DNA of 64,000 bases, taken from assembly GCA_946965045.2 (NCBI GenBank), contig OX337228.1:1178001-1242000 (forward strand), in the 5' to 3' direction. The DNA is from Epithemia pelagica (lineage: Eukaryota > Protista > Bacillariophyta). Below are positions 22,963 through 35,609 of this stretch, one piece after another (position 1 is the stretch's first letter; each line of letters opens with the position of its first letter). Below the pieces are notes generated by a model, which had not been told where the DNA came from, did not search any database, and saw nothing but the letters and a program-made list of their open reading frames with translations. The position numbers were made by a program, and so were the translations under genes.

Positions 22963-24163
22963 AGGTTGGTGTGTATGTTTTCAAGAGATGTTGGTTGTGC
23001 TTCCCCATTTCTTGTTGTTTGTTGCAGAGACGCTGCTGTGCTGGTTTTTTTTAGTTAGGTAGAGAGGCATACAAAAAATGAGAAAGGCTAGCTTTTTTAG
23101 TTAGTAGAGGGAGGGGCATACAAAATGAGAAAGGCTCCTTCCTACCTGTTGTTGTTTGGTGGTTTGAAGGTCGAAGAAAGGCGGCGGAGCATTTTCAAAG
23201 CATCACGGACGGGGGCCCCAACCACTCGATCGAATCATCCTCTATTATTATTTATTATGAGACGAGCTTGTCTTCCCATTTTTACATATAATATATTATT
23301 AACCAAATGCCCCACGAGACGAGTTTGTCACTCAAAGATTTCTTCTCTTCATGATTCAAGATCTCTTCGCAACTCGAGAGAGTTTTCTTGTCGAGAGAAC
23401 CAAACCCTCTCTATCTATGTAACTCGATGATGATATTTATTTATATTATTATCATAAAATCTCATGAGAGAGACGCAGAAGCTCGCTTTTAGGTGTGCAT
23501 AGTGCCGTTTGAAGAAGGAATCGAGTTCCCTCTTCACTTCTTCAGTGTTTCGCTTCGTCCGACGCACAAAACGCCTTCCTTGTTCAGTTCACACACCCCT
23601 TTGAGGCGGAATAATCTGGAGTCAGGGTGTGTGTGTAATGTTTTTCAAAAGTTGTTGGTTGTGCTTTTCCATTTCTTGTTGTTTGTTGTAGAGAGACGCT
23701 CCGCTCTGTGCAGGGGGGGGGGGGCTTTTTTAGTAGAGACATACAAAAAATGAGAAGTTTGAAGGTCGAAGAAAAGGCGGCGGAGCATTTCATGACTTTT
23801 TTAAAAGCATCACGGACGGGATCCCCCAACCCCCGATCGAATCTATGAAACGAGTTTGTGTCTTCCAATATAAATAATACCACGGGACGAGTTGTCACTC
23901 AAAGATTCTTCTTCTCTTCATGATTCAAGCTCTCTTTGCAAAACGAGTCTTCTTTCTTGTCAAGAGAACCAACCTCTACTTAAAACTCGATGATCATCAT
24001 GAACGAGAGACCCAGAAGCTCACTTTAGGTGCAAGTGCCGTTTGAAGGAATCGAGGTCTTTCTTCGCTCCCACAGGTGGGAAACGTCCTATAACGTGTTT
24101 CGCTTCGTCCGACGCACAAAACGTCTTCCTTGTTGATCCCGTTGAGGTGGAATATCTGGAGTC
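22963..24163. repeat. Diverged head-to-tail duplication: copy A 22963-23623 (661 bp), copy B 23624-24163 (540 bp), covering the 3' end of the RCC1 gene
   Basis: Shared anchors in the same order: gttggttgtgctt (22990/23654), gtttgaaggtcgaagaaa (23162/23757), gtgtttcgcttcgtccgacgcacaaaacg (~23546/24096), atctggagtc (ending 23623/24163). Confidence 0.92.
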
Positions 24164-26476
24164 CCGCTGATGGTCGCAGTCAAATCATTGGATCCTTTGT
24201 TGTTGCTCGAGCTACCGCCGCCCAAACGCCTTCTAAGTTTCAATGACAAGCGGCTTATTACTGCACGAGGACCACGTGGCGACTCTCGATCCAAAGGCGA
24301 CACCGGCACTGATGATGAAACAAGTTGGCGAGCACTCAGAGGGCTTGTCATATTCTCGCTTTTATCCTCCTCCTTCTTTGATTCGATGGTTGCTACGTCA
24401 GAGATATCACCCTGTCTTGGACTTGACTTCATGGCAGGAGGAAAATGATTATAACTGACAACGTGGTCAGATGAAGACTGTGCAGCCAGGTCAGCGTCAC
24501 TTGTATTGATTTCGTCATAATTCTTTGAAGTTTTCCTCCGATCTAGAGCAGGAGCTGTGACGCCGAGCCTCTGTTCAGTAGCAGCTTCTACTTGTACTTC
24601 GTGAAGTGTTCTCCCAACAACAAGTGATGACGTGTTTTCGTTACCATCCAGTTGATCGCCCAAAAACCAAACATGGTTTGGACCACAAGCTACTGTTCTT
24701 ATCCGTATTGATTCGACAAGCTGGTCAACACGTGTAGGCAACAACACATTGTGACGAGAATCGAACGTTTGAACATGAATGTCCTGGAAAGGATTCGGCT
24801 CTTCTTTTCTGTTCCCAGAAGACGATTGTGAGCCTTGAGCAGTAGATGGGTTTGAGTTCTCTCGAAATGGGAGCTCTGGAGGCGTCACCAATCCAAGTTG
24901 GCCAGCATCATTCGAACCAAATGCATACGCATGCCCTGACGAACTAAGGGCAATCGAATATGAAGGACCGACGAATATGTCAACAATTCGTGGGATGCTC
25001 TTGAGAGGACTTTCAAAGTTTTCGCCAGTTGATGGTCCACTCAAAGAGTAGATACTGGTAGAACCTCCATTTCTCTGTTGAGCCCTCCATTCTTGTCCAG
25101 CAACTATTGCTACAAAATCCAATTCCGACACCAACCTCGGTTTGGGTTGGGCGAGATAGGCTGGACCAAGACCGAGCTGGCCTTCAGTTTGCTGTCCCCA
25201 ACTGAAAAGCCGGCCACCAACACTTAGAGCAAGGCTGTGGTTTCCGCCAGCAGCTATCTTACCAATGTTTAGGTCTCGCATACCTTCGACCAAACGTGGT
25301 GGCTGTGGCGACCGTCGAACTGCATGGCCACATTGCCCATAGATTGAGCTTCCCCAAGAGTAAACCTGTTGCGAGACTTTTGTAAGCGCTAGCGAGTGAG
25401 AGCGACCAGCAGCAATTTGGGCAATTTCAATGTCCAAAGGAACTGGGAAAGGAACTACCAGCGTAGGCATTTCGTCGGGTCCGCTGGTATTAGATTTGTG
25501 TTTTCTTCCACACTGTTGAGACCGATTGGATCCCCACGCCCATACCATACCGGACTCAGTCAGAGCCATGCCATGCCATTCACCTGCTGCGATTTGTCGG
25601 ACCGTGCTACCAATCGCACGAGGTAGCAGTCGTTCAACAACTATCGGACGAGATGTGAAGGTTACGGGCTGCTGCTGGCTGTCTGTGCTTCCCGTTGCTG
25701 GAGACGCTACGGGAACTGTGCCTATGCCCTGAACGGCGTTTTCTTAAGTTAGAAACGGGCAAACATCAAAAGCAAATGACAAGATGACTTACAAGTTGTC
25801 CAAAGTGTCCCGCCCCCCAACTGCAGACTGCAATTCCACCTTGCATCCTTGCCAAGCAGAAGTGTCTCCCAGCAGCTAGTTCAACACAGGGAATCGGCAG
25901 GGGCATTGAAATCGCGGTAGGATAAAAGGATACCTGGCCATGAAGAGTTCCGGTCTGGTAAACTTTTCCTACCATCGTCAAAAACACTGTGCTCTGAGCA
26001 GTCGCGACCGCTTGCAAAACACCATCTCCGTCTCCTTCTCCAGGTTTTTTGTTACTTGGATTGTTGATACTGTTACGGCCATTTCTTAACGAAATGAGTT
26101 TGTTGCGAGGCTGTTTGATCTCGTTCTCTTTCATCCAGAAAGGTACGTCCCATTCATATCGAAGAGTTGTGTCTGTATCAGATAGTTGGGTGCTCGGTGT
26201 CGTTCGTTGACTTGTCTGGGGAGTGTCGCCAGATCCATGGTCTTTGCTTAACGTAGGAATCGATCCTCCCAATGCATGGAAATAGTTACGCCCAAAGGCA
26301 ACAGCCTTCAACGAGGGAGAAACTTCTGTACTTCCTTGAGAACTCGTCATGGAGGTATGTGAAGGTTCTCCTACTACAACTTGGTCATCTGTGGATTCAA
26401 CCACTGCAGTGCCGTTCAAACTGGCATCATTTTCCCTGTCGCCTGTCTGTTTGGCTTTCTTTTGATGAGATGTCAT
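24088..26476 (-). CDS. RCC1/BLIP-II repeat (UVR8/HERC-like beta-propeller) protein, 2 exons, ~774 aa
   Basis: Exons 26476-25793 and 25728-24088 (64-nt GT-AG intron). Repeats such as QIAAGEWHGMALTESGMVWAWGSN, QIAAGRSHSLAL...VYSWGSSIYGQCG, KIAAGGNHSLAL...LFSWGQQTEGQLG. Confidence 0.9.
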
Positions 26477-27803
26477 CCTAAGACGGGCTTCAACAAGACT
26501 TCCCAACTGATTGCAGAGCAAGTAGCAAATGTTGCAAGTTGCAAGCAAGGCCGAATTTGCGCAGGTGTAGCGGAAGGAGTTTTGTGCGACTAATTCACAT
26601 CAGTCGCAGGAATATGTCGATTGTACATTTACACTATTATAAAGTCCCGGGTCCCGGCGCGCAGCGCACAGGTGATGTAAGGTGCAAGTCCCCCGAAAAC
26701 ACAAGAGGACAATACGAGATCTTACTCGTCAATGTCAATGTCATCGGTCCAGGAGCTTTCGTCTTCCGCCTCTCAGGTTTAAACTTCTAGGCACAAAAGA
26801 AAAAATCAAAAGCGAACGAAAAAGTCTAGAACAACGTTGTTTAACTTCCAGGCATAAAAGAAACGATCAACAGTTGAACGTAGAAGAAAGTGACGGGTTC
26901 GATCCACAGCATCTTTTCCCACCACCGCGTTCCGATCTGACATCTTGCATAAAAGGCAAAAAACCAAGGGAGAGATCATGCACAAAAATGTAATGGAAGC
27001 ACCCTGAACCTTAAGTTCTTGAGATTCAAGACACGTTTGACGACAAACAGCTCATCGATCGATGACAAACACGTTGGTTCCGCGTGTATGTCGTCGATTG
27101 AATTCTGTGTGGAAGTGAATCTCGGTGTGCGCGAAGGCGCGTTGCCGCACGTGCATCCCCCTTTGTATTGGTAATCATACTCTTATAGGTGCGCGAGTGC
27201 TACAGCATGTGATATTGTATATCTCTTTGGTAGTGTAGATCGTCAAAATGTTGGCGACTAGCGATTGGCCCGGCATAAAAAATAGTCGGGCATTGTTTCT
27301 CACGGATATATCGTTGTCCCGATGAGTAGTGGAATGTTTAGTATATGCGAGTTGCTTGTGCTCTTTTCCCTGCTATTTCGTGTACACAATTGTTTTACAC
27401 TACTTTGTACTTTGTATTTTGTTTGATTTTGTCGGTGCGCTGTGCAGGTGCGATGTGCGCGATCGATGCTTGGTGCTAAGTGCTAAGAACGTAGCTATTC
27501 ATATCTAATAATGCGCGTATTTCTCTCTACTTCTTCGTTCCACAGCGGTCGTGATCACCAGGCAATTCTATCCAATTTTTGGGGGTTTTGGCCGTTTATT
27601 TAAGCCTTCATTATTTCTCACACTTATCGGCGCACCCAAAACAAGACTGCGATGGTGGCGAGGAACAAGCGATTCCAATTCAGATTCCATGCACCCGAGT
27701 TTTCAACTGTTGGGAGCTCTCATGCTTTCAACAGTTGTTTTTTTGTTGGAAATTGACAAACGTCGTTCATCTTTAAGAACAAGTTGTTCCGTTCATCTAC
27801 GCA

Positions 27804-29239
27804 ATGAAAGTGGAAGACCTCCTTGGGCGGAAGAACAGTGGGCATGCATCGCCCGGGAAAACAAAAAGTAGTAGGAACAATAAAGGACGAAGGAACAATG
27901 GAGGTAGCTCTGACGAAGAGTCGACGTCGCACATGTCGAGTCTCTCCGACTCAACCGAGGATGACGAAAGCGCAAGTGGCGACGAGAACAGCGAAGACTA
28001 TGAACGATACGAACGATCTCTTCGACTGAAGCACACGAAAGCGTGCAAAGCCATGGCAGTAAGTATTTTCCTTCATGTTTCTTTCGTCTCCCTTGCCTGT
28101 TTTCTAAAGAACGATGTCGGCTCCTCTTTTCACAGAACGGCGTATATGACGTTGCACTCCAAGAGTTCGAATCAATCCTCTCAGATCTCTTGGCGCGCTA
28201 TGGCGAAAAACATGAAAGAGTTGGGGCGGCTCTGCACAACGTTGCAATTGCCAACCTGAGAGCTGGAAGTCTGGATGACGCTATGGATGCGATTGAAGAG
28301 GCAATCAAAATTCGGTCGAGATCACTTGGACGCTCACATCCCAAGGTCGCTGATTCACTTGTGGAATTGGGAATTATCTTGTTATCAATGGAGGAACACG
28401 CCGATAGTCTGAAAGTTTTCGAACGTGCCCTCAAACTTCGCCGAACCGAGCATGAAGAAATGTATTCACAAGAGGATATCGATGATTCCAACTTGAAAAT
28501 TGCCAAAGTACTCAACAATATGGGATGTGTAAACTTTGAACAACAGTATCTGAAAGAGGCAAAGAAAGACTTTGAAGATGCAACAACACTACAAAAGAAC
28601 GTGTTTCGCAGCGTTTTCAACTTTTCTGTTGGATACGACACAAGTAGCCCTGGAATCCTCACCATGGCCTCGACAATGTGTAACATGGGGTATGTAGCCA
28701 TTGAGCAAGGGAACTTCAACGAGGCGATTCAGATATTCAAAACATCGCTTCAAATTCAAAAGGCTGTGCTTGGGCAGGGCAATAAATTGGTTCAAAGCTC
28801 ACTGGACAACCTGGGATATGCATATTCCATGATGAACACGTATGAGAAGGCATTGAAAGTGTACGAAGAGATCTGGGAAACACAGAAGAAGTCAACCGAT
28901 TCAAGAGAAGAAAAAATTGCTACTCTAAAAAAGTTGGCTACATGCTGCGTTCGAATGGAAACGTATGATAAAGCATTTAGCTATCTGGAGTTTCTTGAAG
29001 ATGCGCAGGTTGCCATGGCTGACGAAAACTCAAGAGAGCTTTATTTGACAAGAAAAATGATGGGCGAAGTGAACTACCAGATTCTCAAACTTCCCTCACT
29101 ATCTGATCAAACAAACCGTGCGGTTGGTTTCGCGCTTTGCATGGGTGAGACGGAAGAAGAGGTAGATCTGGAGGAATGGATAATTCCCAAGCCCGAAAAC
29201 ACCAGCAAAATGTCGGGACACAGAGTAACACACGCATAG
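27804..29239 (+). CDS. TPR-repeat protein (kinesin-light-chain-like TPRs), 2 exons, ~452 aa
   Basis: Exons 27804-28058 and 28136-29239 (gtaagt...cacag). TPRs: VGAALHNVAIANLRAGSLDDAMDAIEEAIKIR, HPKVADSLVELGIILL, IAKVLNNMGCVNF. Confidence 0.88.
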
Positions 29240-29632
29240 CGGATATATGTACACCGTACGAGTTGAAATGTGCAAACAATAGTGTCTGCTGTTTTATAAA
29301 TTCACTCTGTTAGGACAGTATATTTGTTTTCCCCATCACGTTCTAGAGCTCCTGTGTCCACAGGGACATAGATTGAGGTTCGTTGTTCGATCTCGGACTC
29401 ATTGTATGCGAACATCCGTGAGGACGAGTGTCCAAAAGCAGTGTTGGTGATCCTCCATCGCCCGTTCCACACTGACATCAGGTTGGCTGTTCATGCAATT
29501 TCCTTCCAGCAAAACCGTGATGACTTATCGCAGCTAATTGTCTTACCCTCCAACCAAAATAGTAGTGTTTCTAAACTATTCGTTTATGGTGCTGGATTTG
29601 ATAGAACCTGCCAGTGCATAGCGAAATTCTTC

Positions 29633-32600
29633 CTACTGCGATCCGTGGACTGCACGATTCTGTATTTGTACAACCTCGTCGGGAGGACAGATACTGTTGG
29701 CGTTGCCAGCGTCGGTTTCAGAGTCTTCTACAGTGGTACCGGAAAGAGCTGTTTCGTACTGCTGTTGCAGTGATGGTGTCCAAACATAAGAAGGGTCAGG
29801 AGTTTCATCATTTTGACAGTAACGCCCCCTTCGATAGCACCATAGACGACTGTCATTAAAGAACCGTCCACCACTGGGGTCCGTGGGGACCACAAAACGT
29901 AAGCCTGTTTCCGCATCCGCTAACAGAAAGGTGCGAACAACACCTTCTTGTGTCCGTGGCGAGGCCGCCTTCATGAAATGGTCGTTGTTACTGCTATCTT
30001 GAGTTTTGGGAGTGTTGGTGTTGCTGAGGGAAGGAATATAGAGTCCTTGAAGAATGTCACCACCATTACTGTCCTCGTCCCCACCTACAGTTAAGCTGGG
30101 GAAGTACTCCAAGGCCCCACAGCAATTACTGGCCATTGATGCCACATCGTGATCTTCGGTATTTCCGTACGATGTCTTACACAGCTCTGATGCAGCGGCG
30201 ACTCTTGCTGCTTCCAATCGATACTTTGCATCGGCTGCTAGTTGCCGTGACGTTTCTTCCACATCAGAACAGTGGATGTAAAACTCAAAAGCTGTCAAAA
30301 GTCTTTCTTCCATGGACGGAACAAACGGCAATGATGCAGTGCCGGCTGCAGGGATCAGGTGCGCTGTCAATGCCTGGAGCGCTTGCACGGCTAATTTGGC
30401 GCTCGTGACATCCTCTCGTCCACCGCCAACAATGGCTCCGCCAGTTCCCCCCTCCACGCAAAAGTCACTGACGACGCACAAAAGGCTTTCAAACACCAGG
30501 GCAGTGGCGATTCTTTCCTTCATAAAGTCAGGTCCACATGCGAGCGCTGCAATGCAACCGACAGAGGAGCGGAGAGTGAATACCCCGTATTTGTAACCAT
30601 TTCCTCCCCGTCCAGCCAAAGTGTTGTGCAGCAAGTTGATAATCTTCGGTATAACCGTTTCCGTTTTCCGAAGTAAATCGTAGCATTCATCTCCTTTATC
30701 GAACCGACAGCAAAAAGTCACAGCCATGGCAGCTTTTAGACTTTGGTAATGGTCCAACGTTAGGAGTGGCGCGAGCAATTCAACAACCCCCGCTTGTCGC
30801 AGAGTAGGAACGGCTTCATCACATTGTGATATGTTCATCAGGAATCCAACACACCACGATGCTGTTTGCCCCTTCCATTGTGTTGGATCGGCTCCCGCTT
30901 GTTGCAAGATATCCATTAGTGGAACCAGTGCACCTGCTTGAAGCAAAGGAACTGCATTCTCTAAGGATTCAGCAAGCAATGTTAGGGCAGCGACGCATTT
31001 GAACCTGGCTTCCGTGGTGACGTCTTCTTGAGCTACTCGAACCAATACAGGCAAGATATCTCCCCTCTCCACCACCGGTACTTGGTTCTTAATCTCTGCC
31101 GCAAAACTCCATAGAATCGAACAAGCTTTCGTTCTACCTTCTCCCTTGTCTGAAGAAATTACACTTAAAATAGCGGGGACAAATCCGGGAAAATGAAACA
31201 TAGGAATCTTGTTGTCATAGCCTATTGCCAAGTTGGATAAGGCAGAGCACGCTTTGACTCGCGCTTCCGTATTCGATGAAGAACTCGATCTTGTTCTTTC
31301 CAACACTTTCATCAGTGCTTCCATCACACCGGGTGTTCGGAAAACCTTGTGTTTGTTGGACTTGGAGATGGATAAATTCATGAGTGCCAAACAAGCGTTG
31401 GTCGTACTGACCGTTGCACCAGCACTGCTGCTACTGCATGTCGTGGCGGCCACATGTCCCAGTGCTTCGACCAAGCCCGGAGTTCCCAAAAGGGTAGCAT
31501 CATTGGCGTCCGCATTGCTCAAGTTTTTAATACAGGTAGTTGCCTTGAGACATGCTTCCTCGTTAGATCCCAACATGACATCTCTCATGGCTTCCAAAAC
31601 CGCCGGGACTTTGGCAATCTCCATTTTATTTGCTTTTCCACAGCTCAGGTTCATAATAGCAATGCATGCATGAAGTTGTGCCTTTTCGGAAGCCAAGGGG
31701 ATGGTACAGTGTACAAGTCCTCCATGGTTGCTACTACCGTTGTTGCTTGTGGTCATCGCCATTTGTTCCAAGGAAGAAGACGAATTGGTATTTTGCGCCG
31801 CCGTCACAAACGGCCCTCCAATGGAAACCATCGCAAGAGCCTTCAAGAGGCCGGGAGTATTCATGAGGTATTGATCACTTGCTTCCGTTGCGGTCAAACT
31901 CCGAATTGTCTCCACGGCATATTCGCGCCCAATCCAATTGGAATCCGATACCTGTAACATCGTGCGTTGGACAAAGTCCAGGATTTTCTTGTTGGAGGCG
32001 ACAGCGACTCGTCTATGTGCCATTTTGGCATAGTCTGCCAGCATCCTGGTTCCTAGAGCAACCAATCGTGGCGTTTTGAGGGCTTCCAGTAAGGCAACAA
32101 TGCACCCTCTCTCCGCAAAGTACTTGAGATCTTCTACCGTTGTATTCTGGCCAAAGGAAAGCATGATTGCCCGCGGTGAAGCGGGCGTTGTGCTGCGAAA
32201 GGAAGATGCGGATACGCGGTGCTGCTGATGGCTTTGTTGGTCCACAGTTGAGGAACCCTCTGTTATTACGGATGGAGACGTCTCTTCCCCATCAAAGGCA
32301 ACATTTCTGTAAATCATGCGCATCGAGTCACTCGAATCCTCCGATTCCACCGACAGAATACTTGACATTTGCTCCGGCGGGGGTGGAGGAGGGTAGTCTT
32401 CGGCTCCCTCGGTAACGAGATGAGCCGCCTGATGAATGCTTTGGTCTTCTTCGAGCTCCGCCACACTATTTTCATCGGCTTGGTCTTCGTTGGCCATACT
32501 GACATCTCCGATCGACTGCTCGGTCAAATGTCTTTGTCCTGTCACCTGTGGAGTCACTTCACTCCAGGAGTGTTGATGCGCAGGGCCGGGGGTCGATGAA

Positions 32601-33127
32601 CCCGGAAACAAGGAACTGGAGGAGATACTGAGGGGAGAGGAGGAGGCGTTGCTGGAGGTAGTACTGCTTACCAGCCGAGGTGGTGGTGAGGATTCTTCTT
32701 GTGAATTCATGGACGAGAACAATACTCTTTGTGCAGGCAAGGGTGGCATTCCAGCGCTAGAATTCCAAGAGTTGTCTGCTGTTCGTGGCCTTGGTACCGT
32801 TACCGGCACACTGTTGGTAGGGTCAATGGAGAGTGGGTCCACGGGAGAAAGCGCCCCCGTCGCACGCTCTTCCATCATGGCGGAAGTGGTCGTCGTAGTG
32901 GTATGATTGTTTTCCGACTCGCCATTTGCTTCACCAACTCCCACCGAGGGACTCTGTCCCATGAGTGGGTGGTCCAAGTGGGTGAGAGGAGGCGTTTGTT
33001 GTTGTTGTTGTTGTTGCGGAAGAGCCGTGGGAGGCGGCAAGGGAGCGGCAGCCGGTGCTACTACCGAGTCATAATCAAACAAGAGGAATTGGTCCGGAAA
33101 TGACCCAGTTGCCTCTCGTGGCGCCAT
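29633..33127 (-). CDS. Armadillo-repeat protein, 1164 aa
   Basis: Single ORF with ARM-like repeats (ACIAIMNLSCGKANKMEI; ACLALMNLSISKSNKHKV; ACSALSNLAIGYDNKIPM) between disordered termini. Confidence 0.88.
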   Translation of the reverse strand: MAPREATGSFPDQFLLFDYDSVVAPAAAPLPPPTALPQQQQQQQTPPLTHLDHPLMGQSPSVGVGEANGESENNHTTTTTTSAMMEERATGALSPVDPLSIDPTNSVPVTVPRPRTADNSWNSSAGMPPLPAQRVLFSSMNSQEESSPPPRLVSSTTSSNASSSPLSISSSSLFPGSSTPGPAHQHSWSEVTPQVTGQRHLTEQSIGDVSMANEDQADENSVAELEEDQSIHQAAHLVTEGAEDYPPPPPPEQMSSILSVESEDSSDSMRMIYRNVAFDGEETSPSVITEGSSTVDQQSHQQHRVSASSFRSTTPASPRAIMLSFGQNTTVEDLKYFAERGCIVALLEALKTPRLVALGTRMLADYAKMAHRRVAVASNKKILDFVQRTMLQVSDSNWIGREYAVETIRSLTATEASDQYLMNTPGLLKALAMVSIGGPFVTAAQNTNSSSSLEQMAMTTSNNGSSNHGGLVHCTIPLASEKAQLHACIAIMNLSCGKANKMEIAKVPAVLEAMRDVMLGSNEEACLKATTCIKNLSNADANDATLLGTPGLVEALGHVAATTCSSSSAGATVSTTNACLALMNLSISKSNKHKVFRTPGVMEALMKVLERTRSSSSSNTEARVKACSALSNLAIGYDNKIPMFHFPGFVPAILSVISSDKGEGRTKACSILWSFAAEIKNQVPVVERGDILPVLVRVAQEDVTTEARFKCVAALTLLAESLENAVPLLQAGALVPLMDILQQAGADPTQWKGQTASWCVGFLMNISQCDEAVPTLRQAGVVELLAPLLTLDHYQSLKAAMAVTFCCRFDKGDECYDLLRKTETVIPKIINLLHNTLAGRGGNGYKYGVFTLRSSVGCIAALACGPDFMKERIATALVFESLLCVVSDFCVEGGTGGAIVGGGREDVTSAKLAVQALQALTAHLIPAAGTASLPFVPSMEERLLTAFEFYIHCSDVEETSRQLAADAKYRLEAARVAAASELCKTSYGNTEDHDVASMASNCCGALEYFPSLTVGGDEDSNGGDILQGLYIPSLSNTNTPKTQDSSNNDHFMKAASPRTQEGVVRTFLLADAETGLRFVVPTDPSGGRFFNDSRLWCYRRGRYCQNDETPDPSYVWTPSLQQQYETALSGTTVEDSETDAGNANSICPPDEVVQIQNRAVHGSQ

Positions 33128-34158
33128 TCTTTATTCTTATTCGTTCCGTGCCAAGAAATAGGGTGAACCACAGCTTCTTCAATCAACGGACTCCTGAACT
33201 CTTTCTCCCGGAGACGCCTTTCGTCTTCGCTACAACAACAGATAACGTAAGACTGCAGATTCTAATACAGCAGTCTCAGTGGAGTTGTTGTTGTTGTCCA
33301 AGTCAGTAACCAACACACACAGCAAATGAGACACCCAATGTGGAGGACCGAAGGAGCACGAAATAGTCTCTGTAACACTTTTTTCTGACAGGAGGGCAAA
33401 ACCCCAACCACAACACCCCATCCGCTTCCCACCTGGAATGGTACCCTCAACGGACACAACACGACAAAGCACTCAACGCAAGGATTTTGTTGGATTCTCT
33501 CACATTTTCGTGCACCAGTATTTTCGTCCATGGGGTGCACGGCGCGCCGTAAGGGCAATAGTCTCCCACCTACTCTTCACAGGACTCTATGGGGAGTTGG
33601 ATCCCGTAGCGGGGAGCAGCCCTGTGCAGTGCAAACTCACCACCAAAATCCACTCCCTTTTTTGGTTCCGTACGTCCGACTCACACGTTTCCGAGCACCG
33701 TACACTCTGCTCTACAGTGAATAAAACTACGGTTAAATATCGTTACGCATGCTTTCGCACAGTCATGAAATCCTCCACCTTTTCGATGGGACGTTCGACC
33801 TCCACGTTCCGCGTGTTTGTCGTTGTGCCCTTGTTTATACTGACGAGAGTGAGTATCGAGATCGTCGTGCTGAAATTAGGCAGTTGCAACAGTATGGAAT
33901 GATGTCAACGTAGATATGGATGATGTGGATGTCAGAGACTCCATTAGTGCATTCCCCTATTTTGGAGATGACCCTGCAAATCCTAAACGGGGTGAGTCAC
34001 CAACAACCGACCAACTTTCCCCTTCCACACAAGGAGCAGGTGGCCTTTTCACAGACGGAAAAATAAATGGTAACTTTACTATGAATACGGAAATGCATTA
34101 TGTCGCAGGCATGCAATTACTTGATGAATTCGTGGAGAACAGATAACACATTGGAGAA

Positions 34159-35609
34159 TTAACATTTCTTGATACACAGACCAACGTTGCTGATTTCTCT
34201 CCTATCGTCATTCTCGTCAAAAGGTGCAAAAAAATGATTACCCCCAAGAAAGACCCCTCCTGACGTTTGAGCCGTATATGCCTCGGCTTCCTGTCGACTG
34301 GGATTAGAACTCACTGATCCCGCTTTGACAGTAACCAGAACAATGACATGATCGGTACTCGTCAACCTAAAGGCGATGGATATGAGTTCATCAGGTTTGT
34401 CTGGCTTGTATGAGGACAATGAGCCATAAACTTCAAACTGCACAGTCACAACTTCACTCCCGGAATCGTATTTGCATGTAAACATTTGAGTCGAACTGCT
34501 CTCAAAGACAGAGTCCAAAGCAGCAATACCACGTTCGTAAAATTGTCCTCCTCCTGATGCACCCTGGCCGCAAATAAAAGATTCTTCGGGACAAGGTCTC
34601 CTGGAGCTGGGAGAACCACTAACAAGCGAAGCTGAAGGACTCCCATCACCCACGGGAGATACGGTAGGACATCCACCCGGCGTGGCTGTCGGTTCCTTTG
34701 TTGGTGTTTGAGTTGGAAGACTTGTTGGTGAATCTGTCGGTGATGCCGTTGGATTCTTGGTAGGTGCTCCGGTTGGCTCAGACGTTGGTGGTGATGTGTT
34801 GGTGCTTTCGTAGGTGAACCAGTTGGTGTGCTGGTCGGTGAGCCCGTAGGGGAACTTGTCGGAGCACTGAAAGGTGGTTCCGTTGGTTTATCCGTCGGTG
34901 TTGATGTGGGAGTCTCTGTTGGTGTGGCAGTGGGCGTTCCAGTCGGAGAACGTGTCGGGGATATTGTAGGATCACTTGTAGGACCAACTGTAGGTGAGGA
35001 AGTAGGCTGCTCTGTTGGTTCTGCAGTCGGACTTCCGGTTGGACCGTAGGTTGGTGAAGCAGTAGGGTCTTCTGTTGGAGAAGACGTTGGGCTTGACGTC
35101 GGTGAGCTGGTTGGAGAAGCTGTTGGTACTGAAGTCGGTGTCCTGGTCGGCGAACTTGTGGGACTTGATGTCGGCGAACTTGTTTGAGTACCAATCGGAC
35201 TGGACGTTGGTTCTAATGTTGGTGCACCAGTTGGAGAACTTGTTGGGCTGGACGTCGGTGAACTCGTTGGAGTCGCCGTCGGACTGGACGTTGGTGAACT
35301 AGTAGGACTAGATGTTGGCGCTGTATTCGGTGTTTTGGTCGGAGAGCTTGTGGGACCAGCCGTTGGAGCACTTCCGGTTGGACTATACGTTGGTGAACTA
35401 GTTGGAGAGCTTGTTGGGCTGGACGTCGGTGAACTCGTAGAAGTCGCCGTCGGACTGGACGTTGGTGAACTAGTAGGACTAGATGTTGGCGCTGTATTCG
35501 GTGTTTTGGTCGGAGAGCTTGTGGGACCAGCCGTTGGAGCACTCGTTGGGGTTCCGGTTGGACTATACGTTGGTGAACTAGTTGGAGAGCTTGTTGGGCT
35601 GGATGTCGG
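34159..35609 (-). pseudogene. Former 3' coding tail of the giant adhesin gene, beyond a premature stop and a 1-bp deletion
   Basis: After TAA at 35612-35610 the same frame continues as PTSSPT repeats for ~270 codons. A missing base at ~34798 (+ strand ggt gat gtg _tt ggt) shifts into the frame of ORF 34159-34653, which encodes a Cys-bounded globular domain ending ISNVGLCIKKC*. Confidence 0.85.

Noticed and set aside
26893-26912. GGGTTCGATCC B-box-like motif
   Set aside because: Flanks do not pair into a T-stem and no A-box or cloverleaf is present.
33916-34146. 76-aa plus-strand ORF (MDDVDVRDSISAFPYFGDD...)
   Set aside because: Short, no recognisable motif, and antisense to the expected 3' UTR of the adhesin gene.
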